Shown: positions 50,236 through 58,878 of the stretch, piece by piece | How the letters are laid out: each line of letters begins with the position of its first letter | Numbering within the stretch: position 1 is the stretch's first letter | Source: Bacteroidia bacterium | GTDB taxonomy: Bacteria > Bacteroidota > Bacteroidia > M30B66 | DNA length: 58,878 bases | NCBI GenBank assembly: GCA_046302715.1 | Contig: JBKCHQ010000174.1 | Span: 1 to 58,878 of the forward strand | Direction of reading: 5' to 3' | Notes under the pieces: model-generated | The model's database searches: none | What the model was told of the DNA's origin: nothing | What the model saw: the letters and a program-made list of their open reading frames with translations, nothing else | Position numbers and translations under genes: made by a program

Positions 50236-50793
50236 TCAAAAGTCTTTTACGTATAGGTTTTTATCAAATTCACGACGCAGCAACTGCAGGTCGCGCTGCA
50301 AGGAGGTATCAATCTGTTTATCGCCAAAACGCAGCACAAAGCCTCCCAAAACAGAGGCATCAGTTTTTACTTCCAATACCACTTTATGATGCGTATGTTG
50401 TTCAACCAATGCGATAATTTTTGCCTTAAATGCCTCATCAACCGGAACAGCAGTAATAAGCAGTGCTTCCTCGATATTGTTGTTTTCGAGATGTAAGCGC
50501 ACATATTGGCGGGCTATTTCCTCCAAATGCATTTCGCGGCGTTTGCGAGTAATTAAGTTGAGAAATGCCAGCGTGGTAACTCCCAGCTTTCCTTCAAAAA
50601 TCATATTCAGGATATCCGCTTTCTTGTCGGACTTTATTATCGGACTTTGTAGCATCAAGGCCAGGTCGCGGTTTTCGCCGATGGTTTGTCCCAACAAGAA
50701 TAAATCCTGATACACGGCATCCAATTCATTACGCTCAGCGGCAAGGCTGTATAACGAACGGGCATAACGTATGGCTGCTTTGGTTCCGTGCAT
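50236..50793 (-). CDS. atpH: ATP synthase delta subunit
   Basis: RYARSL, LGGFVL...IDTS; operon position. Confidence 0.95.
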   Translation of the reverse strand: MHGTKAAIRYARSLYSLAAERNELDAVYQDLFLLGQTIGENRDLALMLQSPIIKSDKKADILNMIFEGKLGVTTLAFLNLITRKRREMHLEEIARQYVRLHLENNNIEEALLITAVPVDEAFKAKIIALVEQHTHHKVVLEVKTDASVLGGFVLRFGDKQIDTSLQRDLQLLRREFDKNLYVKDF

Positions 50794-50798
50794 GGCGC

Positions 50799-51293
50799 TT
50801 AGTTAAGTTTTACTTCAGAAACCAATTTATTAGCTAATTCTTTCTGCTTTTCATCGCTCGATAAATTTTCGCGAATCAGCTTTTCGGCAACTTCGATGGA
50901 TAAGGTTGCAATTTGATTTTTGAGCTCGGTTACGGCAGCCATTTTTTCGTTGTGGATGCTCTCGCGAGCAATCGCCAACAATCTGTCGGCTTCTTGTTGA
51001 GCTTTTGTTTTAGCCTCAGTAACAATAGCATCTTTAGCTTCACGCGCTTCTTTTAACATTTGATCGCGTTCGTTACGAGCTTCCTGAAGGATACGCTCGT
51101 TTTCGGCCTTAAGTCCGCTCATTTCTTCACGTGCTTTCTTCGCAGCGTCCAATGCATCTTGTATGCCTTGTTCACGATCTTTCAAGCCCTTTAAAATAGC
51201 AGGAAATGCAAACTTCCACAGGATAAAGAAAATAATACTGAAGCCGAGAAGCATCCAGAAAACAAGCCCAATTGCTGGTTTAACTAATTCCAT
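50799..51293 (-). CDS. atpF: ATP synthase b subunit
   Basis: GLVFW TM followed by coiled coil; operon position. Confidence 0.95.
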   Translation of the reverse strand: MELVKPAIGLVFWMLLGFSIIFFILWKFAFPAILKGLKDREQGIQDALDAAKKAREEMSGLKAENERILQEARNERDQMLKEAREAKDAIVTEAKTKAQQEADRLLAIARESIHNEKMAAVTELKNQIATLSIEVAEKLIRENLSSDEKQKELANKLVSEVKLN

Positions 51294-51333
51294 TTTTTAA
51301 TGTGTTTCTTAAAAGTTACATCATGTTTTTAAA

Positions 51334-51368
51334 ATTCTGTCCTGCAACCAACCGTTACAGGACAGAAT
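51334..51368 (-). promoter_or_regulatory. 15-bp RNA hairpin between atpE and atpF
   Basis: AUUCUGUCCUGUAAC-GGUUG-GUUGCAGGACAGAAU; the single DNA mismatch is a U-G pair on the sense strand. Confidence 0.7.
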
Positions 51369-51374
51369 AATTTT

Positions 51375-51626
<252 letters not shown>

Positions 51627-51651
51627 TTATTGAGGGATTAAAAATTCAGCA

Positions 51652-52779
51652 TTAATGATGATGCGCTTCTTCGTGATGATGCTCCTCAACCGCTGCCCCG
51701 AAATAGATGGCAGAAAGTAAGGTAAATACATACGCTTGAAGGAATGCAACTAGGAGTTCGAGAAAGCCCATAAACGCATACATAAGCATGCTGAAAATGG
51801 ATATTCCATAAGCCCCACCAGCTCCAAAGGATTCTTTGAAAATAAAAATCATACTGATGAAAGCCAACGCAACAATATGTCCGGCAGTGATATTGGCAAA
51901 AAGACGAACCATCAATACAAACGGACGAAGCACTACACCCAAAATTTCAATGGGAGTTAAAATCAACAAAACCCCTTTGGGCACACCGGGCATGGCCAAA
52001 ATATGCGTCCAAAAATTTTTATTGGTATTGGCCATCTGAATTAGGAAGGTAATTGTGGCCAAGGTAAGCGTAACAGCAATATTGCCCGTTAAGTTGGCTC
52101 CTCCCGGAAAAAAGGGGATCAATCCTAAAAGGTTGTTTAGAAATATAAAGAAAAATACCGTTAGCAAATACGGCATAAACTTCTCGTATTTGTGTCCGAT
52201 GCTGGGCTTGGCCACATCATCGCGAATCATGATAATAAGAGGCTCAATAAGCGATTGCAGGCCTGAGGGCGCCATTCCAGCACGTTTACGATAAGCCTTG
52301 GCAACCGTAAGCATAATGAATACTAACAAAAATCCACTAAAAAATATTACCGCCACGTTTTTAGTAATCGAAAAATCAATCAGGCTGGCAGTAACGGCTT
52401 CGTCGATAGAAGCACTGTGAGCGTCTACCGATTCATTTTCTTTAACGGCCACTAGAGTATATTTTTTCTCACCTTCCTTGCGGTGCAACATATACCCTTT
52501 GTAGGTATTGTGCCCATGATGAAAATTGGACGACATAAAAACATCCAAACCTCTCGACGAATATGCAATAACAGGAAGCGGAATTGATACCGCGTGATCG
52601 CCCTCACCCCATAAATGCCAGTCATGCGCATCGAGAATATGCTCGAAAATCATATCTCCGGCATTGAAACCACTTTCTTGCTTCGCCTCAGAAGCCTTTG
52701 TAGAAAAAGGCATCGAAAGAAGTATAGTGAATAAAGCTAAAGAGAGAAATCGGTTATAAAATAATCCTGCTTGCGACAT
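51652..52779 (-). CDS. atpB: ATP synthase a subunit with Bacteroidota N-terminal extension
   Basis: RLFANITAGH, LQAYVFTLLS; ATG 52779 preferred because the track TTG lies in the promoter element. Confidence 0.95.
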   Translation of the reverse strand: MSQAGLFYNRFLSLALFTILLSMPFSTKASEAKQESGFNAGDMIFEHILDAHDWHLWGEGDHAVSIPLPVIAYSSRGLDVFMSSNFHHGHNTYKGYMLHRKEGEKKYTLVAVKENESVDAHSASIDEAVTASLIDFSITKNVAVIFFSGFLLVFIMLTVAKAYRKRAGMAPSGLQSLIEPLIIMIRDDVAKPSIGHKYEKFMPYLLTVFFFIFLNNLLGLIPFFPGGANLTGNIAVTLTLATITFLIQMANTNKNFWTHILAMPGVPKGVLLILTPIEILGVVLRPFVLMVRLFANITAGHIVALAFISMIFIFKESFGAGGAYGISIFSMLMYAFMGFLELLVAFLQAYVFTLLSAIYFGAAVEEHHHEEAHHH

Positions 52780-52806
52780 CGAAAAAGAGGTTCTCAAAAG
52801 TTGGCG

Positions 52807-52814
52807 CAAAGGTA
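52807..52814 (-). promoter_or_regulatory. -7 promoter element TACCTTTG for the atp operon
   Basis: TAnnTTTG followed by CGC, 27 nt upstream of ATG. Confidence 0.6.
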
Positions 52815-53022
52815 GAAAAAGAACCCAAAGGATAAACAGAAAAATTATTTCTTGTTAAGAAAGACCCAAATTCATCGCATGGCAATGAATATCAATCAAA
52901 TGGATAAACCAATTTCGGGAATTAAACAAAATAATTAAGACAATACTTCTACATTAGACTAAAAAGCGTTGCTCAATTTCTGCCTTAGAGAAAAGAGTTC
53001 AGTAATTGCCCGAAATGAATGT

Positions 53023-54663
53023 TTAGCGAACAATATTTAGCTTAAACATCGTTTTGCCGGTGTTAACCAAGTACAGTCCTGCGGGTTCATTTTCTAGATT
53101 AATCACAAATTCTCCGGATCCGTTTACAGGTATTGAAGCTACAACTCTACCACTTAGGTTGATAATTTTAAGCTCCTTACACAACAGATCAGTATTGTAC
53201 CAGCGGAAAACGCCTGTTGATGGATTTGGGAAAACGATGATGTTATCAGGATTTAAGGACTGGCTTGTGGTTGGGCTAATGGAATACGAAAATTTATTGA
53301 TTGTCCATGCGCTGCTGTCATTAACCGATCCCAAGTTATTGGAATAGAATACCTGATTGCCTGCATATACCAGGCTTTGTGGTAAGGTTTCGAGGTTTTC
53401 AGGGACATAAAGCGTACTGTTTACTGATCCATCAGGAGTTAGTACCGAATAAAATGCCCCGGCATTTACATTGGCATTCGCTGCAGATACAATGATATTA
53501 CCCAATTCGTCGGACGCAATCTTACCGCTGTAAAAATTGTCTTCGGTATCGGCCTGAGACACCCCATCGGTCAAATAGTCCCATTGATAAACCCCGTCAG
53601 CACCAAATTTTAATAGCAAGGGTCTGATTTGGATAACACTTCCCGAGGCTATTCGTTGCGAAATTGGCGTGTTTGTCTCCAGCGCGATGCCTCCACCTCC
53701 TTGCGATAAAAGTCTGTCGAAATACACCAGAACATTATCGTTTGCATCGATATGCAAATCAGACATGGCGTACGAATAATCATTTACCCAGTCAAGTTCT
53801 TTTATCGCGTGCCAAATTTCATTGCCATCAGTATCAATTCGGAACAGATGCAAATCAACATCTGTAAAGGTGTTGTAATCCTTAAAATATGCGGCAAACA
53901 GGAAGTCGCCATTTGAGAATCGTATCGGGGCGAAAAAATTTCCTTCCCCGGTATAGCCCGGAACGTGATGTACAATTTCCCAGCGTTGGTTAAAGTTTGC
54001 ATCAAAAGACACAAGTCTTATTGTGTCGAGCGTTTCGGCGTTTGCATACACATTCCCATTTTCATCTGTAGCTATTCGGTAGGTTTCAAAGTTTTGAATC
54101 CCAATATCTTTGCTAAGCAACAACTCCCCATCCAGCGAAAAACGGTACAAGTATGGTGTAGGTTGGCCGGTTAGCGGAGAATCTTCGCGCCCCGATAAAA
54201 TAAGTTCAGACTCACTGTTAGAAAATACCGCATCAATAAATCCAATGTCGCCAGATAGCAAGACATAGTTGTTGGAAAATTGCAGCGAACCATCAGCGTT
54301 TATTCGGGTAATAAAGCCGGCGCCATTGGGCGAAGCGGCCTGTGCACCAGCCTGAAAGGCCATCCCATCGGATCGTATTGCAACTGCTGTAGGATTCACA
54401 AAAGAACAATTCGTGCAAAAATTGGTTTGTTCATGTTCAAAATTCCAAACCGTTTCACCTGTGTAATTTACTTTCCAGCCTTGCTGAAGACCATTCGACT
54501 GGTCCCAGTTAAACACAGAGATTCCATCCTGAAGCAAGCGTATTTCGCTCTTATACAATGGACTGAAATAGGGCGTTGTGGCCGACCATTCTTGGGTTAT
54601 CTGAGCCTTTAACGAAGAATAAATAAGTACTGCAATACTCAAAAAAAGTTTGGTGCATTTCAT
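53023..54663 (-). CDS. Secreted protein with T9SS type A C-terminal sorting domain, probable beta-propeller body
   Basis: Signal peptide; D..GN.Y / D..G...W repeats; VFPNPS...INLSGR...GLYLV...KLNI; TAATTTTG at 54688-54695. Confidence 0.85.
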   Translation of the reverse strand: MKCTKLFLSIAVLIYSSLKAQITQEWSATTPYFSPLYKSEIRLLQDGISVFNWDQSNGLQQGWKVNYTGETVWNFEHEQTNFCTNCSFVNPTAVAIRSDGMAFQAGAQAASPNGAGFITRINADGSLQFSNNYVLLSGDIGFIDAVFSNSESELILSGREDSPLTGQPTPYLYRFSLDGELLLSKDIGIQNFETYRIATDENGNVYANAETLDTIRLVSFDANFNQRWEIVHHVPGYTGEGNFFAPIRFSNGDFLFAAYFKDYNTFTDVDLHLFRIDTDGNEIWHAIKELDWVNDYSYAMSDLHIDANDNVLVYFDRLLSQGGGGIALETNTPISQRIASGSVIQIRPLLLKFGADGVYQWDYLTDGVSQADTEDNFYSGKIASDELGNIIVSAANANVNAGAFYSVLTPDGSVNSTLYVPENLETLPQSLVYAGNQVFYSNNLGSVNDSSAWTINKFSYSISPTTSQSLNPDNIIVFPNPSTGVFRWYNTDLLCKELKIINLSGRVVASIPVNGSGEFVINLENEPAGLYLVNTGKTMFKLNIVR

Positions 54664-54780
54664 AATATTTGTATTTAATCAATAGTGCAAAATTATGTGC
54701 TGGTTGGGTATCTTGTATCCCTATTTCTAGTGATGTTTAAAATTGAGATTGATTTGGAAACAATAATTGGTGTAACCACG

Positions 54781-54788
54781 TATTTTTG
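54781..54788 (+). promoter_or_regulatory. -7 promoter element TATTTTTG for pgi/pmi-lipB
   Basis: TAnnTTTG 24 nt upstream of ATG 54813. Confidence 0.55.
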
Positions 54789-54812
54789 CCCGACCATTTT
54801 GAAATTTCTCCC

Positions 54813-55802
54813 ATGCAAATGCTTTCACTAATAGAAGCTTTCCCGCAACAACTTTCAGAAGCCATTGAAATAGCGCGGAATAGCTCCTTGCGAGATTTAC
54901 ATTCTATTCCCCATCAGGTAGTCATTTCTGGTCTGGGAGGATCGGGAATTGGTGGAACCATTGTTGCCGAGTACGTAGCCCACGAAGGGAAGATACCGGT
55001 GTATGTGTGCAAAGAATACCATTTGCCCGCCTGGGTTAATGAACATTCGCTTGTTATTTTGTCATCTTACTCGGGTGATACCGAAGAAACGCTTTCAACC
55101 TTTCAACAGGCAGTTGAACGAAAGGCACAGATAATTTGCATCAGCTCGGGCGGAGCCATTTCGAAACGGGCCAAAGAACAAGGCTTCGATTTGATTCAGA
55201 TACCGGGCGGTAATCCACCGCGCGCTTGCCTGGGCTACTCGCTCGTGCAGTTGCTCGGAATTTTTGAGCGCTACGGATGGATTGAGAATGCGCTGCAATC
55301 AGTTGAAAACGCCCGCAAACATATGGTCGAAAAAACGGTTTCATACCAGCGCGAAGCCGAGGCTATTGCCAAAGCCATTGCGTATTCGACCCCAGTAATT
55401 TATACTTGTGCTGGATACGAAGGCATCGCCATCCGTTTCCGCCAGCAGCTCAACGAAAACTCCAAAATGCTCTGCTGGCATCATGTAATTCCCGAAATGA
55501 ACCACAACGAACTGGTGGGATGGGCCGATAAAAACCCTAAAATAGCGGCGTTGTTTTTCCGCAACGACGATGATTTTTACCGCAGCGCTAAACGCATGGA
55601 CATTTGTCTCACCATTATATCATCCAAGGCCGGAAAATTCCTCGAAATTAATTCGGAGGGCAACAACCGTCTGGAGCGCATGCTTTACTGGATTCATCTC
55701 GGCGACTGGATTTCATGGTTCGCCTCTGTTGAACGCAGCGTTGATGCTATGGAAATAAACGTCATCAACCGATTGAAATCCGAACTTGCCAATTTGCAAT
55801 GA
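54813..55802 (+). CDS. Bifunctional phosphoglucose/phosphomannose isomerase (SIS family)
   Basis: GLGGSGIGG, SSYSGDTEET, PPRA, QLNENSK, PEMNHNE. Confidence 0.9.
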   Translation: MQMLSLIEAFPQQLSEAIEIARNSSLRDLHSIPHQVVISGLGGSGIGGTIVAEYVAHEGKIPVYVCKEYHLPAWVNEHSLVILSSYSGDTEETLSTFQQAVERKAQIICISSGGAISKRAKEQGFDLIQIPGGNPPRACLGYSLVQLLGIFERYGWIENALQSVENARKHMVEKTVSYQREAEAIAKAIAYSTPVIYTCAGYEGIAIRFRQQLNENSKMLCWHHVIPEMNHNELVGWADKNPKIAALFFRNDDDFYRSAKRMDICLTIISSKAGKFLEINSEGNNRLERMLYWIHLGDWISWFASVERSVDAMEINVINRLKSELANLQ

Positions 55803-56515
55803 CCTACGGAAATCCGAACAGGGATGTAAAACTCATCCGTTTAGGCTTAGCCGATTATCAAAAAACATGGGATTTTCAGCAGCAACTGTTCGACGAAATT
55901 GTTGAAGTAAAACTCCAGAACCGAAACAGCGTCGAACAAAAACCAACACCCAATTACCTCATTACCTGCGAACATCCCTTGGTATATACGCTGGGAAAAA
56001 GTGGTTCAGAAGAACATCTGTTGCTCGACGAACAGGCACTGGCCTCTATTAATGCTTCGTTTTATAAGATAAACCGAGGCGGCGATATCACCCATCACGG
56101 CCCGGGCCAATTGGTGGTGTATCCGGTGCTTGATCTTGAAAATTTCTTCACCGATATCCACTTGTATTTGCGCCAACTCGAAGAGGCCGTAATTCTCACA
56201 CTTTCGCGATTTGGAATTACTGCCGAACGCTACGAAGGATTCACCGGTGTTTGGATTGACAGCGACAAACCTACGGCCCGTAAAATTTGCGCTATGGGCG
56301 TAAAATGCGGGCGTTGGGTAACTATGCACGGGCTGGCATTGAATGTTTCGAACGATTTGTCGTTTTTCAATCATATAATTCCATGTGGCATTACCGACAA
56401 AGCAGTAAGCAGTATAGAAAAGGAATGCCCCGCCAATATACCCGGCAGCCTAGAAGTAGAACAAGCGTTAATACATAACATTAGTCAATTATTTGGGATG
56501 AATATCATGTATTGA
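55799..56515 (+). CDS. lipB: Lipoyl(octanoyl) transferase
   Basis: EHPLVYTLG, RGGDITHHGPGQ, HGLALNV, IIPCGI. Confidence 0.95.
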   Translation: MTYGNPNRDVKLIRLGLADYQKTWDFQQQLFDEIVEVKLQNRNSVEQKPTPNYLITCEHPLVYTLGKSGSEEHLLLDEQALASINASFYKINRGGDITHHGPGQLVVYPVLDLENFFTDIHLYLRQLEEAVILTLSRFGITAERYEGFTGVWIDSDKPTARKICAMGVKCGRWVTMHGLALNVSNDLSFFNHIIPCGITDKAVSSIEKECPANIPGSLEVEQALIHNISQLFGMNIMY

Positions 56516-56522
56516 ATTTAAG

Positions 56523-56537
56523 TGGCATAAGGTTTGA
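56523..56537 (+). promoter_or_regulatory. sigma54-like -24/-12 motif TGGCAT-N5-TTGA upstream of the DUF3108 gene
   Basis: TGGCATAAGGTTTGA, 24 nt before ATG. Confidence 0.45.
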
Positions 56538-56561
56538 TTTTCGGTCTCGAAATTCAACACT

Positions 56562-57365
56562 ATGAAACGGCGCATATTTCAATTACTGATGGCGCTTACA
56601 CTAAGCACATCGGTGGATTCGCAGAGTTTAATGCCATACAAGGCTTTTAAAAGAGGCGAATATTTAAACTACAGTGTTCGATATGGTTTTGTTGAGGCCG
56701 GAGAGGCTTCGATTCGTGTAACCGAAGATAATTTGAAGTTTGCCGACCGGTCTACATTTCACGTAGTAGGAACAGGCAAGTCAGCCGGGACCTTCGATTG
56801 GTTCTTTAAAGTGCGTGATCGCTATGAATCGTATGTGGATGAAAATACTCTCCTGCCCGAATTTTTTATTCGACATGTAGATGAAGGTGGATTTATAATC
56901 AATCAGAAATATCGGTTTTATCAAAACAACAAAAATGTACGGGCCAGTCGTGACGGTACGGATAAACCCCGCAACATTAAGGACAAGTATTTTAATGTGC
57001 CAGCCAAAACGCACGACATATTATCGGCCTTTTATTTTGCCCGTAATGCAGATTTTGGAGCCATCGAGGCGGGCAAAGTACTTAATGTAGTTACTTTTTT
57101 TGATGAGGAATTGTTCCCCATGCAGCTTAAAATTATTGGTAAAGAAGTTATTAAAACTGATGCTGGTAAAATACGATGCATCAAATTAAGGCCCTTGCTG
57201 CAAAAAGGACGCGTTTTTAAAGAAGAGGAAGATCTTACCGTTTGGGTAAGCGACGATCGCAACCGCATACCTGTTCGTTTGCAGGCCGAGGTGCTAGTGG
57301 GTTCCATAAAAATGGATCTTAAGAACTACGAAAACTTGGCCCATCCGCTTGCATTTTCGAAATAA
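56562..57365 (+). CDS. DUF3108 family exported protein
   Basis: Signal peptide; AF..GE.L.Y, FFKVRDRYESY, DILSAFYFAR, WVSDD.NRIPV. Confidence 0.85.
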   Translation: MKRRIFQLLMALTLSTSVDSQSLMPYKAFKRGEYLNYSVRYGFVEAGEASIRVTEDNLKFADRSTFHVVGTGKSAGTFDWFFKVRDRYESYVDENTLLPEFFIRHVDEGGFIINQKYRFYQNNKNVRASRDGTDKPRNIKDKYFNVPAKTHDILSAFYFARNADFGAIEAGKVLNVVTFFDEELFPMQLKIIGKEVIKTDAGKIRCIKLRPLLQKGRVFKEEEDLTVWVSDDRNRIPVRLQAEVLVGSIKMDLKNYENLAHPLAFSK

Positions 57366-57395
57366 AATTCCAAACTTAAGTTTGTTTCTATACAT

Positions 57396-57423
57396 GCCGG
57401 AGTAATTTTGCTCCGGCTTTTTT
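57396..57423 (+). terminator. Intrinsic terminator after the DUF3108 gene; loop doubles as a promoter element
   Basis: GCCGGAG-TAATTTTG-CTCCGGC-TTTTTT. Confidence 0.7.
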
Positions 57424-58809
57424 ATGAATTTGAAATTAATCGTATTGCTTTTTCTCTGTTTTGGAGCCTATACGGTACAAGCGCAGCATAGCCATGGCGG
57501 TGTTCATGCAAATAATGCAGCACATCGTGCTTTTAATAACGCCTTGTTAAAAGGCAATCACCAAAAGGCTGCAGCAATCTTGAGAAGAAGACTTTACCGC
57601 TACGATCGGCGCAAATTACTTACGGGCGATTTTGATAAGTCTGCATTTGCTGTAGCTAAAACATTAGAATGGCTGAGTATGCAACCCAATGTTAAGCAAA
57701 TAGTTGCAGATACTTGCGGGGTTCACATTTGCATTTGGCCCGGATGGGTCGATTATAGTATTATTGCGAAAAGCGATACCGGATGGGTAGAATACGGCTA
57801 TACGGTGCAGTTGGGCCGCACTCATCGAATCGGTTATTGGGCGGGCAGCTGGTGGCGGCATCGGCCTAAGTTTTTGTATTTCAAACCTGAACAGGGTCGT
57901 TTAGCTTCATTTTTAAACAATTGTAAAGTTGAAGAAGACAATAATCGAAGAGCGCTTAATGATAATCGTTTACGTTTTAATGCCGATCACGGACGCTTAA
58001 ATTGGTCGGTAAACGATGCCCCTAAATTTGAGGACTCCGAGCATAATACGCTCCGTTTTAAGCTTGAACTCGAAAACCTGAGTACAGATACACTTAGACT
58101 GGCCTATCCTATACATCAAAATGCCGGTAAAAAACTAGTTTACCTAAAGTTTCACGACGCGATTAAGCCTCAGAGCTTTGTAGAGCTCCGCAACATCGAA
58201 CTTATCCTCAACGAAGATTTAAAAGGGCCCGACACCTTAGTTCTTGCTCCGGGCGAGCGGTTTAGCCAATGGCATAGCTTTAATGATGAAATAAATGCCG
58301 ATGGCAATTTGCTGGCATCACATAAAATACATGAACTACCGACCGGGAAATACCGCATTCAGATTATTTACAACCCACCCGAATCTAGCGCCGGTGATTC
58401 CACCCTGTGGAGGCCATCCTATGATAGTATTTCTGCATGGCTGCCTTATATATGGCAGTACAATAAACCTGAAATACCCGACACGTTTAGCATTACAGGT
58501 GAGGTTACTGACGGCCCTTCTGAGTATGAAACTGAATACGATTTTAAAGGCGAGTACATTAGCAGAATAAAAATTTTAGCATCGGAAGATATTTCAAGTA
58601 TTAATATTGGCGATACCATTGCATGGAAATTCAAAGCCGAAAGCAGGCTGCAAAACACAGGTCGGCCACTTTCTCTGGAAAAATTTCAAATTACGGGAAA
58701 CAAAATTTGCCTCGTCATCGACCGCAATTATCCCGGGCAAGCACTTAGAAACAAAGGCTATAAGCTTTTTGCCATTTTCAAGAACGATGTAAAGCTGCGC
58801 CCTGATTAG
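57424..58809 (+). CDS. Secreted hypothetical protein, probable Ig-like central domain
   Basis: 461 aa ORF; signal peptide VQA|Q; LENLSTDTL, LAPGE, TGKYRIQIIY strand motifs. Confidence 0.75.
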   Translation: MNLKLIVLLFLCFGAYTVQAQHSHGGVHANNAAHRAFNNALLKGNHQKAAAILRRRLYRYDRRKLLTGDFDKSAFAVAKTLEWLSMQPNVKQIVADTCGVHICIWPGWVDYSIIAKSDTGWVEYGYTVQLGRTHRIGYWAGSWWRHRPKFLYFKPEQGRLASFLNNCKVEEDNNRRALNDNRLRFNADHGRLNWSVNDAPKFEDSEHNTLRFKLELENLSTDTLRLAYPIHQNAGKKLVYLKFHDAIKPQSFVELRNIELILNEDLKGPDTLVLAPGERFSQWHSFNDEINADGNLLASHKIHELPTGKYRIQIIYNPPESSAGDSTLWRPSYDSISAWLPYIWQYNKPEIPDTFSITGEVTDGPSEYETEYDFKGEYISRIKILASEDISSINIGDTIAWKFKAESRLQNTGRPLSLEKFQITGNKICLVIDRNYPGQALRNKGYKLFAIFKNDVKLRPD

Positions 58810-58878
58810 CAATCAACCTCTATCCATTAAGAGATAAATATTCGTTTTGTAATTCCGATTTTGGGAGACAATGACCTA

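Noticed and set aside
54813-55802. Archaeal-type PGI/PMI as recent horizontal transfer
   Set aside because: The family is known in bacteria; it has a native promoter element and overlaps lipB
58871-58878. Possible gene start at the right edge (ATG after GGAG)
   Set aside because: Only 8 nt visible

Overview
A gene-dense window from a Bacteroidota chromosome. The assignment rests on TAnnTTTG promoter elements, T9SS cargo genes, a MurF-Alr fusion and an atpBEFHAG operon without atpDC. Most of it is housekeeping: xseAB, dsbD, an S41 protease, dCMP deaminase, amidase-mlaD-FeS pair, lptD, lpxD, wzx/wzz/O-antigen-ligase-like genes, rho, asd, lon, rsmI, tdk, murF-alr, ATP synthase, pgi/pmi and lipB. 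I saw no rRNA, tRNA, CRISPR array, transposase or integrase. A >710-codon GEVED/Ig-repeat surface protein at the left edge is missing from the ORF track. The most unusual element is a three-gene islet between rho and asd (31209-34124). It encodes an exported MORN-repeat protein ending in a Cys-rich domain whose spacing matches eukaryotic CRIPT, an XRE regulator flanked by five TTnGACA(A/T) boxes, and a divergent orphan lipoprotein. Notable non-coding signals are a terminator hairpin whose loop is exactly a promoter -7 element (57396-57423), a 15-bp hairpin between atpE and atpF, and sigma54-like motifs before lon and the DUF3108 gene. All family calls come from motif recognition by eye, without database searches.
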